A stretch of 64,000 nt of DNA, from positions 834 to 64,833 of the forward strand of contig JBPPNF010000006.1 in NCBI GenBank assembly GCA_051306435.1. The letters run 5' to 3'. Source of the stretch: Solirubrobacterales bacterium. GTDB lineage: Bacteria > Actinomycetota > Thermoleophilia > Solirubrobacterales > JACPNS01. Shown one piece after another: positions 19,670-27,425 of this stretch (positions within the stretch are counted from its first letter, which is position 1; each line of letters opens with the position of its first letter). The notes under the pieces were generated by a model, which was not told the origin of the DNA, did not search any database, and worked only from the letters and a program-made list of their open reading frames with translations. The translations under genes and the position numbers were made by a program.

Positions 19670-19769
19670 TGGCTGGCCGGCTAGCCCGGGTTGGGTACTT
19701 GGGGGTAAGTGGGGTCTGGGGTTGCCGTGGGCGGCCGTCAACACGGCCAGACAGGGCAAAATCAACGGC

Positions 19770-21068
19770 CTATGCCGCTGCTCCGTCTCGAGTCATCGCA
19801 GGATGCTTCTCGGCCACAGTCAGGATCGAAGCAATCGCCCGATCCAGGTGCTCACGCTCGTGCGTGGCCATCACGCTCGTGCGCAGCAGCGCCCCGCCGC
19901 GCGGCACCGCCGGGTACATCGCGACGTTCGCGTAGAGCCCGAGGTCGTAGAGCTCCTTCCAGACCACGGCCGCTTCCCAGTCCTCGCCAACGACGATCGG
20001 GACGATCGGCGTGAAGGGCTTCAAGTCGTAGCGCTCGCCCAGCTCGGTCCCAGGGTCAGCCACGCGGATGCCCTCGTCATTCAGCGTCGTCCAGAGGTAT
20101 TCGGCGTTCTCAAGGGTCCGCGCCATCAGAGCTTTGCCCTCATCGGTCCTGGCGATCTTGACCGCAGCAAGGGCTGCGCCGATCGCGGCCGGCACTGCGC
20201 TGGCCGTGAACATGAAAGAGCGCGCATACAGGCGCAGGAAGTCGACGATGTCGGCATCTGCGGCGATGAACCCGCCGCAACTGGCCAGAGACTTCGAAAA
20301 CGTGCCCATGCGAAGGTCAACATCACCTTCGATGCCAAGCAGTTCGCTGGCACCGACACCGCGTGCTCCCAGAACCCCCACGCCGTGCGCCTCATCAACC
20401 ATCAGGCGGGCACCGTAAGCTTTCGAGAGTTCCGCGATCCGCGGAAGATCAGCGATGTCGCCCTCCATCGAATAGACGCCGTCCACAACGACCAGGACAC
20501 CGCCGCCGTCAGTCTGGGCGCGGTCCAGCATCGTCTCAAGCTTGTCCAACCGGCCGTGGCGGAACGGGCGAACCTTCGCGCCCGACAAGGCGATCCCGTC
20601 CAGCAGTGAAGCGTGATCACCCGCGTCGCAGATCACCGTGTCGCCAGGCTGAAGGAGCGCGCTGAGCACGCCGACATTCGCCTGGTACCCGGTGGTGAAC
20701 ACGATCGAGTCGCCGGTTCCGTACCACTCGGCGATCTCACGCTCGAGCTCGGTGTGGATGTCGATCGTGCCGTTCAAGAGGCGCGAACCGGTGAGCGCCG
20801 TGCCGTACTTGTCAAGCGCGTCGCGCGCGCCCTGGATGACCCGCTGATCGCCGGTCAGACCGAGGTAGTTGTTCGAGCCGAGCATCACGCGCTCTTTGCC
20901 CTCCATCTGCACGATCGGGCCGGCGGGGCCCTCCAGCAGGCGGAAGAACGGCAGCATGTCGTGCTCGCGGGCGGCAGCGATGATCTCGGCGCGCTCGTGC
21001 TTGCGGGCGCGCTCGAAGAGGTCCACCGCCGGCCCGGTGTGGGCTGCTTGTGTACTTGTAGAGTCCAC
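19770..21068 (-). CDS. alpha-oxoamine synthase family PLP enzyme (serine palmitoyltransferase / Kbl / BioF-like)
   Basis: GSNNYLGLT, DEAHGVG and the FSKSL PLP-lysine motif are present, and the C-terminal PAVPRGGALLRTSVMATH is typical of the AOS family. Start is GTG 21068 or GTG 21026; the track ATG at 21299 runs into the divergent gene. Confidence 0.8.
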   Translation of the reverse strand: MDSTSTQAAHTGPAVDLFERARKHERAEIIAAAREHDMLPFFRLLEGPAGPIVQMEGKERVMLGSNNYLGLTGDQRVIQGARDALDKYGTALTGSRLLNGTIDIHTELEREIAEWYGTGDSIVFTTGYQANVGVLSALLQPGDTVICDAGDHASLLDGIALSGAKVRPFRHGRLDKLETMLDRAQTDGGGVLVVVDGVYSMEGDIADLPRIAELSKAYGARLMVDEAHGVGVLGARGVGASELLGIEGDVDLRMGTFSKSLASCGGFIAADADIVDFLRLYARSFMFTASAVPAAIGAALAAVKIARTDEGKALMARTLENAEYLWTTLNDEGIRVADPGTELGERYDLKPFTPIVPIVVGEDWEAAVVWKELYDLGLYANVAMYPAVPRGGALLRTSVMATHEREHLDRAIASILTVAEKHPAMTRDGAAA

Positions 21069-21071
21069 CGT

Positions 21072-22199
21072 GTGAGCGATCCTATCGACGTCTCGGCGGT
21101 GCGCGGCAAGGCAGATCTGAAGGCCTTCGTCGACTTCCCCTACGAGCTCTACAAAGCAGGCAGCAACTGGGTCCCGCCCTTGAAGATGGACATCAAGGAT
21201 CAGCTCAGCCAGAAGAAGAACCCCTGGTTCGAGCATGCTGAGGCCGAGTTCTTCCTGGCGCGGCGTGGCGGGACCGTCGTGGGGCGGATCAGCGCCCACA
21301 TCGACCGCAACTTCAATGAGTTCCAGGGCAACGACTGGGGCCTGTTCGGCTGGTTCGAGTGCATCGACGATGCCGAGGTCGCCAATGCGCTCTACAACCG
21401 CGCCGCTGAATGGCTGAAGGAACGCGACCGCGACCGCATGGTCGGTCCGTTCAGCTACACGACCAACGATGAATGCGGCGTGCTGATCGACGGCTTCGAG
21501 ATCCCTCCGGCGATTCTCGAGCCGTGGAACTACAGCTACTACCCGGGCCTGTTCGACGGCGCGGGCTTTCAGAAGGCGATGGATCTCCTGATGTACAAGA
21601 TGGAGATCTCCGACAAGGACAAAGTGCGCCCGGCTGTGTACATCGCCGCCGGCAGGGTCGATGAGTCGAGCTACAAGTTCAAGCGCTTCTCGCGGCTGAC
21701 GCTGAACTCAGACGTGGACCGATTCCTCGACATCTACAACGAGTCCTGGGAGCAGAACTGGGGCTTCGTGCCGCTCACCGAGAAGGAAGTGCGGCACTAC
21801 GCGAAGACTCTGCTTCCGGTGCTCGACAAGAACTGGGCCTTCGTGATCATCGGATCTGACGGCGACAACGCAGGTGCCGCGTTGACGCTGCCCGACTACA
21901 ACCAGGTTTTGAAACACCTCGGCGGCAGGTTGCTGCCGTTCGGCTGGGCGAAGTTCCTCTGGTATCGCCGCAAGATCGACCGGGTTCGCGTCTTTGCGCT
22001 CGGCGTGAAGCCGAAGTACCGCACCACGGGGCTCGCCGCGAAGCTCTACATCGAGCACCTCGATGCGGCCGAACGCACGGGTGTGGTTGGTGGAACGATG
22101 GGGTGGGTCCTTGAGAACAACCGACCGATGAACAAGTCGGTCGAGGCGCTCGGCGGGACTGTGATCAAGCGGTTTCGGGTTTACGAGCGAATGCTCTAG
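21072..22199 (+). CDS. GNAT-fold N-acyltransferase-like protein, uncharacterised ~375-aa family
   Basis: The start is moved to GTG 21072 (VSDPIDVSAVRGKADLKAFVDFPYELY...). The conserved NPWFEHAEAEFFLA...GRISAHID...GLFGWFEC...TNDECGVL pattern is one I recall from widespread proteins annotated as GNAT family. The upstream part of the track ORF is antisense to the AOS gene. Confidence 0.6.
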   Translation: MSDPIDVSAVRGKADLKAFVDFPYELYKAGSNWVPPLKMDIKDQLSQKKNPWFEHAEAEFFLARRGGTVVGRISAHIDRNFNEFQGNDWGLFGWFECIDDAEVANALYNRAAEWLKERDRDRMVGPFSYTTNDECGVLIDGFEIPPAILEPWNYSYYPGLFDGAGFQKAMDLLMYKMEISDKDKVRPAVYIAAGRVDESSYKFKRFSRLTLNSDVDRFLDIYNESWEQNWGFVPLTEKEVRHYAKTLLPVLDKNWAFVIIGSDGDNAGAALTLPDYNQVLKHLGGRLLPFGWAKFLWYRRKIDRVRVFALGVKPKYRTTGLAAKLYIEHLDAAERTGVVGGTMGWVLENNRPMNKSVEALGGTVIKRFRVYERML

Positions 22200-22245
22200 C
22201 CACTTGGGCGAATTCCGGCCGCCGAAGCATCGTTAGACTGCGGGA

Positions 22246-22650
22246 ATGGCTTTCTCATCACGATTTGGACGCAATGGCGCGGTCACAGACCAGCCGGAAG
22301 ACGTCGAGCAGCCCACGGGTGAAGAGATCGTGATCGACGCTGAGGCGACTGAAGTCACCGAGGCTCCGAGCAACGCGCCGATTCGTCGCGCCGCGGCGGT
22401 GCCCGAGGCCACTGACACTCACGCAGTGAGCAAGCGCTCTGATCGTGAGATAGCGGTTCGTAACGTGGCCGTTGCCACGGCCGGCGGACTGATCGCGGGC
22501 GCGGCGACGATCGCCGTCGCGGCAGTCGCGAAGACCGCCGCAAAGAACGCCGCAGCGCCCACGCCGGGTCTCTCTCGTCGTCGCAAGAAGGACATCATGC
22601 AGTCGCAGTCCTTCCTCGTCGACGTGCACGTGCTGAAGCCCGGCCGCTAG
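22246..22650 (+). CDS. hypothetical protein (acidic N-terminus, one Ala/Gly-rich hydrophobic segment)
   Basis: ORF only; no family recognised. Confidence 0.35.
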   Translation: MAFSSRFGRNGAVTDQPEDVEQPTGEEIVIDAEATEVTEAPSNAPIRRAAAVPEATDTHAVSKRSDREIAVRNVAVATAGGLIAGAATIAVAAVAKTAAKNAAAPTPGLSRRRKKDIMQSQSFLVDVHVLKPGR

Positions 22651-22839
22651 GCCATGCCCAGCACAAACCAGCACTACTTGACGCGACGAGCCGGTTCGCG
22701 CGCGGGCCGAATGCACTTGTGTGACCGGGGCCAAGGATTCCAGAAACGCGAGTCCGCTCTGGTGGGGGAAGATCAAACTGTCCGGAGAAGCGGGTTAGTT
22801 CCAAACCGCTGGAACGCCTTTCTTGCGCGCCGTTTCGTT

Positions 22840-23928
22840 TCAGCTGCCTTCAGCCGCGGCCGCCTCCTCATCCGGGGTCACGCCCGGGAGCAGATCGTTC
22901 GTGATCGCATCGGTATACGTGGTGTCGCTCTTACTCAGCTCGCCGTTGTCGTGCATCCACTTGCCGTAGGCGACCCAGCTGGCCGGGTCCTGCCAGCCGA
23001 ACGGGTTCTCGCCGCGGTTGGTCTGGGCGAGTACCGGCAGGGTGACCTTGAGGCTGGCCGTGTTGAAGCGACGGTCTGCTGCGGTCTTGTCGAGGTCCGG
23101 GTACTTCGCCGCAAGTGCCTTGAACGCTGCGGCCGGGTCGGCGACGGCCTTCTCTGTGCCTTCCTCCAGCCCGGCGATGAAGCGACGGTACGTTTCGACG
23201 CGACGGGCGTCCTTCAGGCGCTCAGTGTTGGCAACGATGACAAGCTCGTCGTAGGTCGGTGAGCCGGCCTCATCAACCGGCACGATCGTGGGCTTCAGGC
23301 CCGCGAGCTTGAGCTGTATGCCTTCGACGTTCCAGTATCCGGTGATCGACGCGTCGACGCGGCCGGACACGAGCACCTTCTGCAGGTCGTACCCGACGTC
23401 GATCTGCTTGACGCTCGAAGCGGTGACGCCGTTCTCTTCGAGGATCGTGTTCAGCGTCGATGACGGTCCATCGCCGGAGACGGCAACGGTCTTGCCCTTC
23501 AGGTCCTTGATCGACCTGATGCCCGACTTCTTCAGCCAGATCAGCGAGTTCAGCGGACGATTGACGATCGCGGCGATCGACTTGACGTCGGCTCCCTTGT
23601 CCTGCGCGGCGAGCACGTAGCTCGCGTATGAGATGCCCAGGTCAACACGACCGGCCTCGACCTGCTTGATCACGCCCGCGGGGTCAGACGGGACCTTCGG
23701 ATCCACGACCAGCGCGCGCTTCTCGAAGGAACCGTCGGCGATTCCCATGTAGATCCCGGCGTGGTTGGCGTTGGGCTGCCAGTCGAGCATCAGGTTGATC
23801 TGGTCGGGGCGCACGTCCTCTGCGGTGGTCGGCTCGGCCTTCTCGCCGCAGCCGGCGATCGTCGCGGCGAGCGCGAGGGTGGCGAGGACGGCGAGAGCAC
23901 GCATCAGGTGCTTTGTCAGACTGGTCAA
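22840..23928 (-). CDS. thiY: ABC substrate-binding lipoprotein, NMT1/THI5-like (ThiY-type, thiamine-pyrimidine salvage)
   Basis: Lipobox LAATIAGC. LMLDWQPNANHAGIYMGIADGSF...GRVDLGISY is the NMT1/THI5/ThiY pattern. The operon is headed by a TPP riboswitch. Confidence 0.75.
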   Translation of the reverse strand: MTSLTKHLMRALAVLATLALAATIAGCGEKAEPTTAEDVRPDQINLMLDWQPNANHAGIYMGIADGSFEKRALVVDPKVPSDPAGVIKQVEAGRVDLGISYASYVLAAQDKGADVKSIAAIVNRPLNSLIWLKKSGIRSIKDLKGKTVAVSGDGPSSTLNTILEENGVTASSVKQIDVGYDLQKVLVSGRVDASITGYWNVEGIQLKLAGLKPTIVPVDEAGSPTYDELVIVANTERLKDARRVETYRRFIAGLEEGTEKAVADPAAAFKALAAKYPDLDKTAADRRFNTASLKVTLPVLAQTNRGENPFGWQDPASWVAYGKWMHDNGELSKSDTTYTDAITNDLLPGVTPDEEAAAAEGS

Positions 23929-23959
23929 GGGGTTCTCCTGGTGGGGTCGGGTGTCGGGG

Positions 23960-24739
23960 TCAACGTTGATTTGCCGAGTGCCGCTCCCACGGCACGATCC
24001 GGCGTTCGAGCAGGGCGGTGAGTCCGTAGAGCGCCAGCGATCCGGCGGTCAGGATCAGGATCGCGGCGTAGACGCGCGAGGTGTCAAAGGTGGGCGTGCC
24101 GCGGGCGATCAGGTAGCCGAGGCCCGCGTCCGCGCCGGCGTACTCGGCAAAGACCGCCGCGATGAAGGCCCACGTGGCCGCGATCCGCACGCCGCCGAGC
24201 AGGCGCGGCAGTGCGGCCGGCAGTTCAGCGAGCCGCAGGATTCGGGCGCGCCCGGCTCCGAGCGAGCGCATCAGCTGGATCAGCTGCGGGTCCGCGCTGC
24301 GCAAGCCGTCGAACGTGCCGATGACCACCGGGAAGAAGCAGGCGATCGCGACGATCAGAATCTTTGTCGAGAGCCCGAAGCCGAACGCGATCACCAGCAG
24401 TGGTGCGAGCACCACCGTGGGCACGGCCTGTGAGGCGACGACGACCGGGAGGGTCGCGTCACGCAGAAAAGGGGAGAGGTGCAGCACGATCCCCAGCGCC
24501 GCGCCGAAGCAGCAGGCGGCGGCCAGACCGAGCAGCGCCTCCGTGGTCGTGACCCGTGCGGCCGGAAGCAGGATGTCGAGCTCGCCGGTCAGCGTGCGCG
24601 TGACGTCCCACGGTCCCGAGACCACGAGATTGCTCATGCCGCCGTAACGCACGAACAGCTCCCAGACGGCGATCAGCAGGACGAACGCGATGACCGGACT
24701 GAGCCGGCGCAGCCAGCGAGGGCGCGGTCGCTCGTTCAT
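23960..24739 (-). CDS. thiX: ABC transporter permease, NitT/TauT family (ThiX-type)
   Basis: 6-TM BPD-type permease lying between the ATPase and the binding-protein genes. 4-nt overlap with the ATPase gene. Confidence 0.75.
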   Translation of the reverse strand: MNERPRPRWLRRLSPVIAFVLLIAVWELFVRYGGMSNLVVSGPWDVTRTLTGELDILLPAARVTTTEALLGLAAACCFGAALGIVLHLSPFLRDATLPVVVASQAVPTVVLAPLLVIAFGFGLSTKILIVAIACFFPVVIGTFDGLRSADPQLIQLMRSLGAGRARILRLAELPAALPRLLGGVRIAATWAFIAAVFAEYAGADAGLGYLIARGTPTFDTSRVYAAILILTAGSLALYGLTALLERRIVPWERHSANQR

Positions 24740-25545
24740 GACAATGCCTCCAGCGCCTCGGCCTTCAGGCCCGCAAACTCAAGCGAGGTGGCCCAGTCGG
24801 TGCGGCTCACTCCGCGCGGGCGGCCGACGGAAATCTCGGCCGCGACACGTCCCGGGCGCGGCGTGACGATCACCATGCGGTCGGCGAGCGTCAATGCCTC
24901 TTCAACGTCGTGGGTGACCAGCAGCAGCGTGCGCGGCTCCTCGGCGAGCGCGTCTATCAGCCACTCCTGCATCTGGCTGCGCGTGATCGAGTCGAGCGCG
25001 CCGAACGGCTCGTCAAGCGCGAGCAGCGGCCGCCCGGTCAGCACAGTGCGCAGGAAAGCGACGCGCTGGCGCATTCCTCCAGAGAGCTCCCAGGTCTTCG
25101 AGTTCTCAAACGATTCGAGACCGAAGCGCTCAAACAGTGGCGCCGCGCGGCGGACGGCCTCGGCCTTCGGGACGCCTTGCGCCTCCAGTGCCAATGCCGC
25201 GTTGCGCAGCGCGCTGCGCCATGGCACCAGCAGATCGCGCTGGGGCATCAGCGCGACGGCTTCGCCGACAGAAACGGTTCCACTGGTCGGGGCAACAAGA
25301 CCGGCCGTCAGCGCCAGCAGGCTCGACTTGCCGCAGCCAGACGGTCCGACGACGGCAACCTGCTCGCCGCTGGCGATGTCCAGCGTGAAGTCCGTAAGCG
25401 CGTCGGTCGATTTCTCGCGCGAGCTGTAGGTCAGGCCGACCGCGTCAAAACGCGCCGCGCTTCTGGGCGCCGCGGGTGCGGTCGTAGGGGCCGGCCGTTG
25501 CGCGGGTGCTACGACTGCCGCCGAGGTTTGCTCTGGCAAGTCCAT
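24736..25545 (-). CDS. thiZ: ABC transporter ATP-binding protein, NitT/TauT family (ThiZ-type)
   Basis: Walker A GPSGCGKSS, signature LSGGMRQR and Walker B LLALDEPFGALD are present. The start is moved to ATG 25545 (RBS GAAGGAAG) because 25552-25662 is a TPP riboswitch rather than coding sequence. Confidence 0.8.
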   Translation of the reverse strand: MDLPEQTSAAVVAPAQRPAPTTAPAAPRSAARFDAVGLTYSSREKSTDALTDFTLDIASGEQVAVVGPSGCGKSSLLALTAGLVAPTSGTVSVGEAVALMPQRDLLVPWRSALRNAALALEAQGVPKAEAVRRAAPLFERFGLESFENSKTWELSGGMRQRVAFLRTVLTGRPLLALDEPFGALDSITRSQMQEWLIDALAEEPRTLLLVTHDVEEALTLADRMVIVTPRPGRVAAEISVGRPRGVSRTDWATSLEFAGLKAEALEALS

Positions 25546-25549
25546 ACTG

Positions 25550-25662
25550 CTGCTTCCTTCGCGGGAATTACCCCACAGGTTCAAAGGGTCCGCGGCCGCC
25601 GCAGACAACTGCTCTGCGAATCCACGATCTCAGCCCGCTTTGCTGCGAGCTCCCCTGACGAC
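25550..25662 (-). promoter_or_regulatory. TPP (THI-box) riboswitch
   Basis: The minus-strand RNA reads ..CAGGGGAGCUCGCAGCAAAGCGGGCUGAGA-(38-nt P3 hairpin region)-ACCCUUUGAACCUGUGGGGUAAUUCCCGCGAAGGAAGC. This matches the consensus GGGGUGC...GCUGAGA...ACCC-UUGAACCUGAUCUGGAUAAUGCCAGCG-AGGGAA. The 3' end overlaps the Shine-Dalgarno of the ATPase gene. Confidence 0.85.
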
Positions 25663-25704
25663 GGGTACTGCTGATGCCAGTGTACAGACGCGCCCAGCGA
25701 CGAT

Positions 25705-25950
25705 TGCTGCACACCTCTGGTGTGCAGCAGGTTTTTGCGGTGAAGAATGGCTCAGGTATGCGGGGTGTTGCTGCACACCACTGGTGAGCAACAACGGGAG
25801 GTGCGTGTTCGCGGTGAGCTGAGCCGACCGGACCCGACGCGACCCGACGCAGCGCCCACTGCTGCACACCAGAGGTGTGCAGCGCGACTTCGCTCAACCA
25901 AGGGCTCCTTCGCTTCCAAAATGCTGTTGCTCACCAGAGGTGTGCAGCAG
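25705..25950. repeat. four-hairpin repeat module, copy A
   Basis: Hairpins at 25705-25729 (TGCTGCACACC-TCT-GGTGTGCAGCA), 25767-25792 (imperfect, ACT loop), 25861-25883 (GCTGCACACC-AGA-GGTGTGCAGC) and 25924-25950 (one mismatch, AGA loop). A tandem 10-mer GACCCGACGC x2 lies at 25831-25850. Confidence 0.85.
25924..25950 (-). terminator. intrinsic terminator of the regulator gene (hairpin 4 of module A)
   Basis: On the minus strand, a 12-bp stem with one mismatch is followed by CAUUUUGG, 32 nt after the stop codon at 25982-25984. Confidence 0.6.
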
Positions 25951-25981
25951 TTGCCAGTTGGCGCGCTGCGGGGCGGGGGGG

Positions 25982-27295
25982 CTAGTGACGATTGCTCAGG
26001 CGTCGCAGGCGACTGAGGGATGCGGCGCGGCGCGGGTCGGCGGGGGAGAGCCCGCCGATCAATGCTTTGGTCGCGACCAGGTCGTCCTGGCCGGACGGCG
26101 TTGCGAGCCAGCGTTCGATCGCGACCGGGTCGCCGCTCGCGAGCACAGTCGCGCGCAGCGCATCGTCGACGCGATCGCGTAGCTCGGCGATAAGCGGCAC
26201 CTGCGAGTTGGGCAGGAGCGGTCCGTCGTAGAGGTCAAGCGCCGCGTCGACCATGCCGGCGCGGGCCAGCCGCTCGACGCTCAGCGCGTCGATCAGCAGT
26301 GGTTCGTCGATCCGGTAGGGCTGATCGGCGATCGCGATGCCGGTGCGCTGGCGCAGGCGGTGCAGCTCTGCGCGCACGCTGACCGGTTTGCCGAGATCGC
26401 CGTACATCTCGAAGGCGAGCTGCTCTCCGGAAGCACCCTGGGGGAGGAGGCTCAAGAGCACGAGCAGTTCACTGTGGCGTTGCGAGATCTGCAGCGACTT
26501 GCCGCCGAAGCGCAGGTCACCGCGCCGGCGGCCGGTCACCTTCAGCGAGTGCCCTTCAAACGTTGCGACGGGGGCCGGCACGTCCATCATCCCCAGCGCC
26601 CGAACGCGCAGACGCTCTTCGACCATCCGCGCAGTCGCCTGCACCATCGCAAGCCCGTTGGGATGGGCGGTGGCGAGCTCGCCGGTCAGGTCGATCACGC
26701 CGAGCACCTCGCCGGTCATCGGATCGTGGACGGGTGCCGCGCTGCAGGTCCAGTCGCGGATGTTGCGCGTGAAGTGCTCGGACGAGAAGATCTGCACTGC
26801 GTGGCTCTCGGCGAGCGCAGTGCCCATCGCGTTCGTGCCCACGGCGGTCTCGCTCCAGACCGATCCCTCATGGAGGTTGATGTCCTCGGCGGCGGATTCG
26901 AGAACCTGCGGATCGCCTGCACGCCAGAGCATCGTGCCGTCGATGTCGCAGACGAGCACGATCTGTTGGGTGTCTGCGGCGACGTCGTCGAGCAGTCCGC
27001 GCAGCAGCGGCGCGGCGCAGGCGAGCGGGTGCGTTTCCCAGCGCCGCGCGGCGTCGTCGATCGTCACGGCGGTGGGGGCCAGGCCGTGTTCCGGGTCGAC
27101 GCCCGCCGCGAGAGATCGGCGCCAGGAGCCGAGCACCACGTTGCGCAGCTCGGGTTGGCGTCGGTCACCGTCGAGCTGCTTGCGCCCTTCGCCGCTGCGA
27201 AGAGCGCGATCGCGCGCGCGTTCGAGAGAAAGTGCCCAGCTCTGGGTGTCAGTCGTCGAATCGACTGCCAACCATGGATTTGGACTTTGAGACAA
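25982..27295 (-). CDS. transcriptional regulator: N-terminal AcoR-type GAF sensor domain plus C-terminal winged-helix/BTAD-like region
   Basis: WSETAVGTNAMGTALAESHAVQIFSSEHF...WTCSAAPVHDP is the GAF motif of AcoR-like regulators. The C-terminus (SQRHSELLVLLSLLPQGASGEQLAFEMYGD...VRAELHRLRQ, then LYDGPLLP) resembles a DNA-binding activator domain. TTG start. Divergent from an aldehyde dehydrogenase gene. Confidence 0.7.
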   Translation of the reverse strand: MSQSPNPWLAVDSTTDTQSWALSLERARDRALRSGEGRKQLDGDRRQPELRNVVLGSWRRSLAAGVDPEHGLAPTAVTIDDAARRWETHPLACAAPLLRGLLDDVAADTQQIVLVCDIDGTMLWRAGDPQVLESAAEDINLHEGSVWSETAVGTNAMGTALAESHAVQIFSSEHFTRNIRDWTCSAAPVHDPMTGEVLGVIDLTGELATAHPNGLAMVQATARMVEERLRVRALGMMDVPAPVATFEGHSLKVTGRRRGDLRFGGKSLQISQRHSELLVLLSLLPQGASGEQLAFEMYGDLGKPVSVRAELHRLRQRTGIAIADQPYRIDEPLLIDALSVERLARAGMVDAALDLYDGPLLPNSQVPLIAELRDRVDDALRATVLASGDPVAIERWLATPSGQDDLVATKALIGGLSPADPRRAASLSRLRRLSNRH

Positions 27296-27365
27296 CTTCA
27301 GTTCACTCCCTGAAATTCACTCTACAGAGCTGGCGCCTGCCCATGTGGCAGGGCGCAACCCGGGT

Positions 27366-27375
27366 GCAACGTTGC
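27366..27375. promoter_or_regulatory. perfect 10-bp palindrome GCAACGTTGC in the regulator/ALDH divergent promoter region
   Basis: Read directly. The same 130-bp intergenic region also has TTCACTC direct repeats (27302-27308, 27316-27322) and an imperfect hairpin at 27333-27356. Confidence 0.3.
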
Positions 27376-27425
27376 CGGGCGTAGGTTCGATCGTGGGGGA
27401 ACTGAAGCTATGGAGAGGAACTGCA

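Noticed and set aside
19722-21071. Plus-strand ORFs 19722-20609 and the first 459 nt of ORF 20613-22199
   Set aside because: They are antisense to the well-supported alpha-oxoamine synthase gene. Recognisable GNAT-like sequence begins only at GTG 21072.
22798-22815. Hairpin GTTCCA-AACCGC-TGGAAC between the convergent genes 22246-22650 and thiY
   Set aside because: The stem is only 6 bp with a weak T-tract (GCCTTTCTT). It lies 150 nt from the plus-strand stop and lacks a U-run on the minus strand, so the evidence is too weak to call a terminator.
25546-25608. N-terminal extension of the ABC ATPase ORF (TTG 25608, MSAAAADPLNLWGNSREGSSS...)
   Set aside because: This stretch is the 3' half of a TPP riboswitch (ACCCUUUGAACCUG...). 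ATG 25545 has a proper RBS and gives a normal ATPase N-terminus.
25705-25950. The cluster of regularly recurring ~25-bp palindromic repeats could be mistaken for a CRISPR array
   Set aside because: There are only four units, their orientation flips halfway, and the gaps are unequal (37/68/40 nt). The same four-unit layout recurs 3.4 kb away, and no cas genes are present. This is not CRISPR.
25640-26016. Short ORFs in the repeat modules giving recurring peptides (HLWCAA, HQRCAA, TPEVCS)
   Set aside because: The recurrence is a by-product of translating the same DNA hairpin in different frames and strands. Frames are not conserved between copies A and B.
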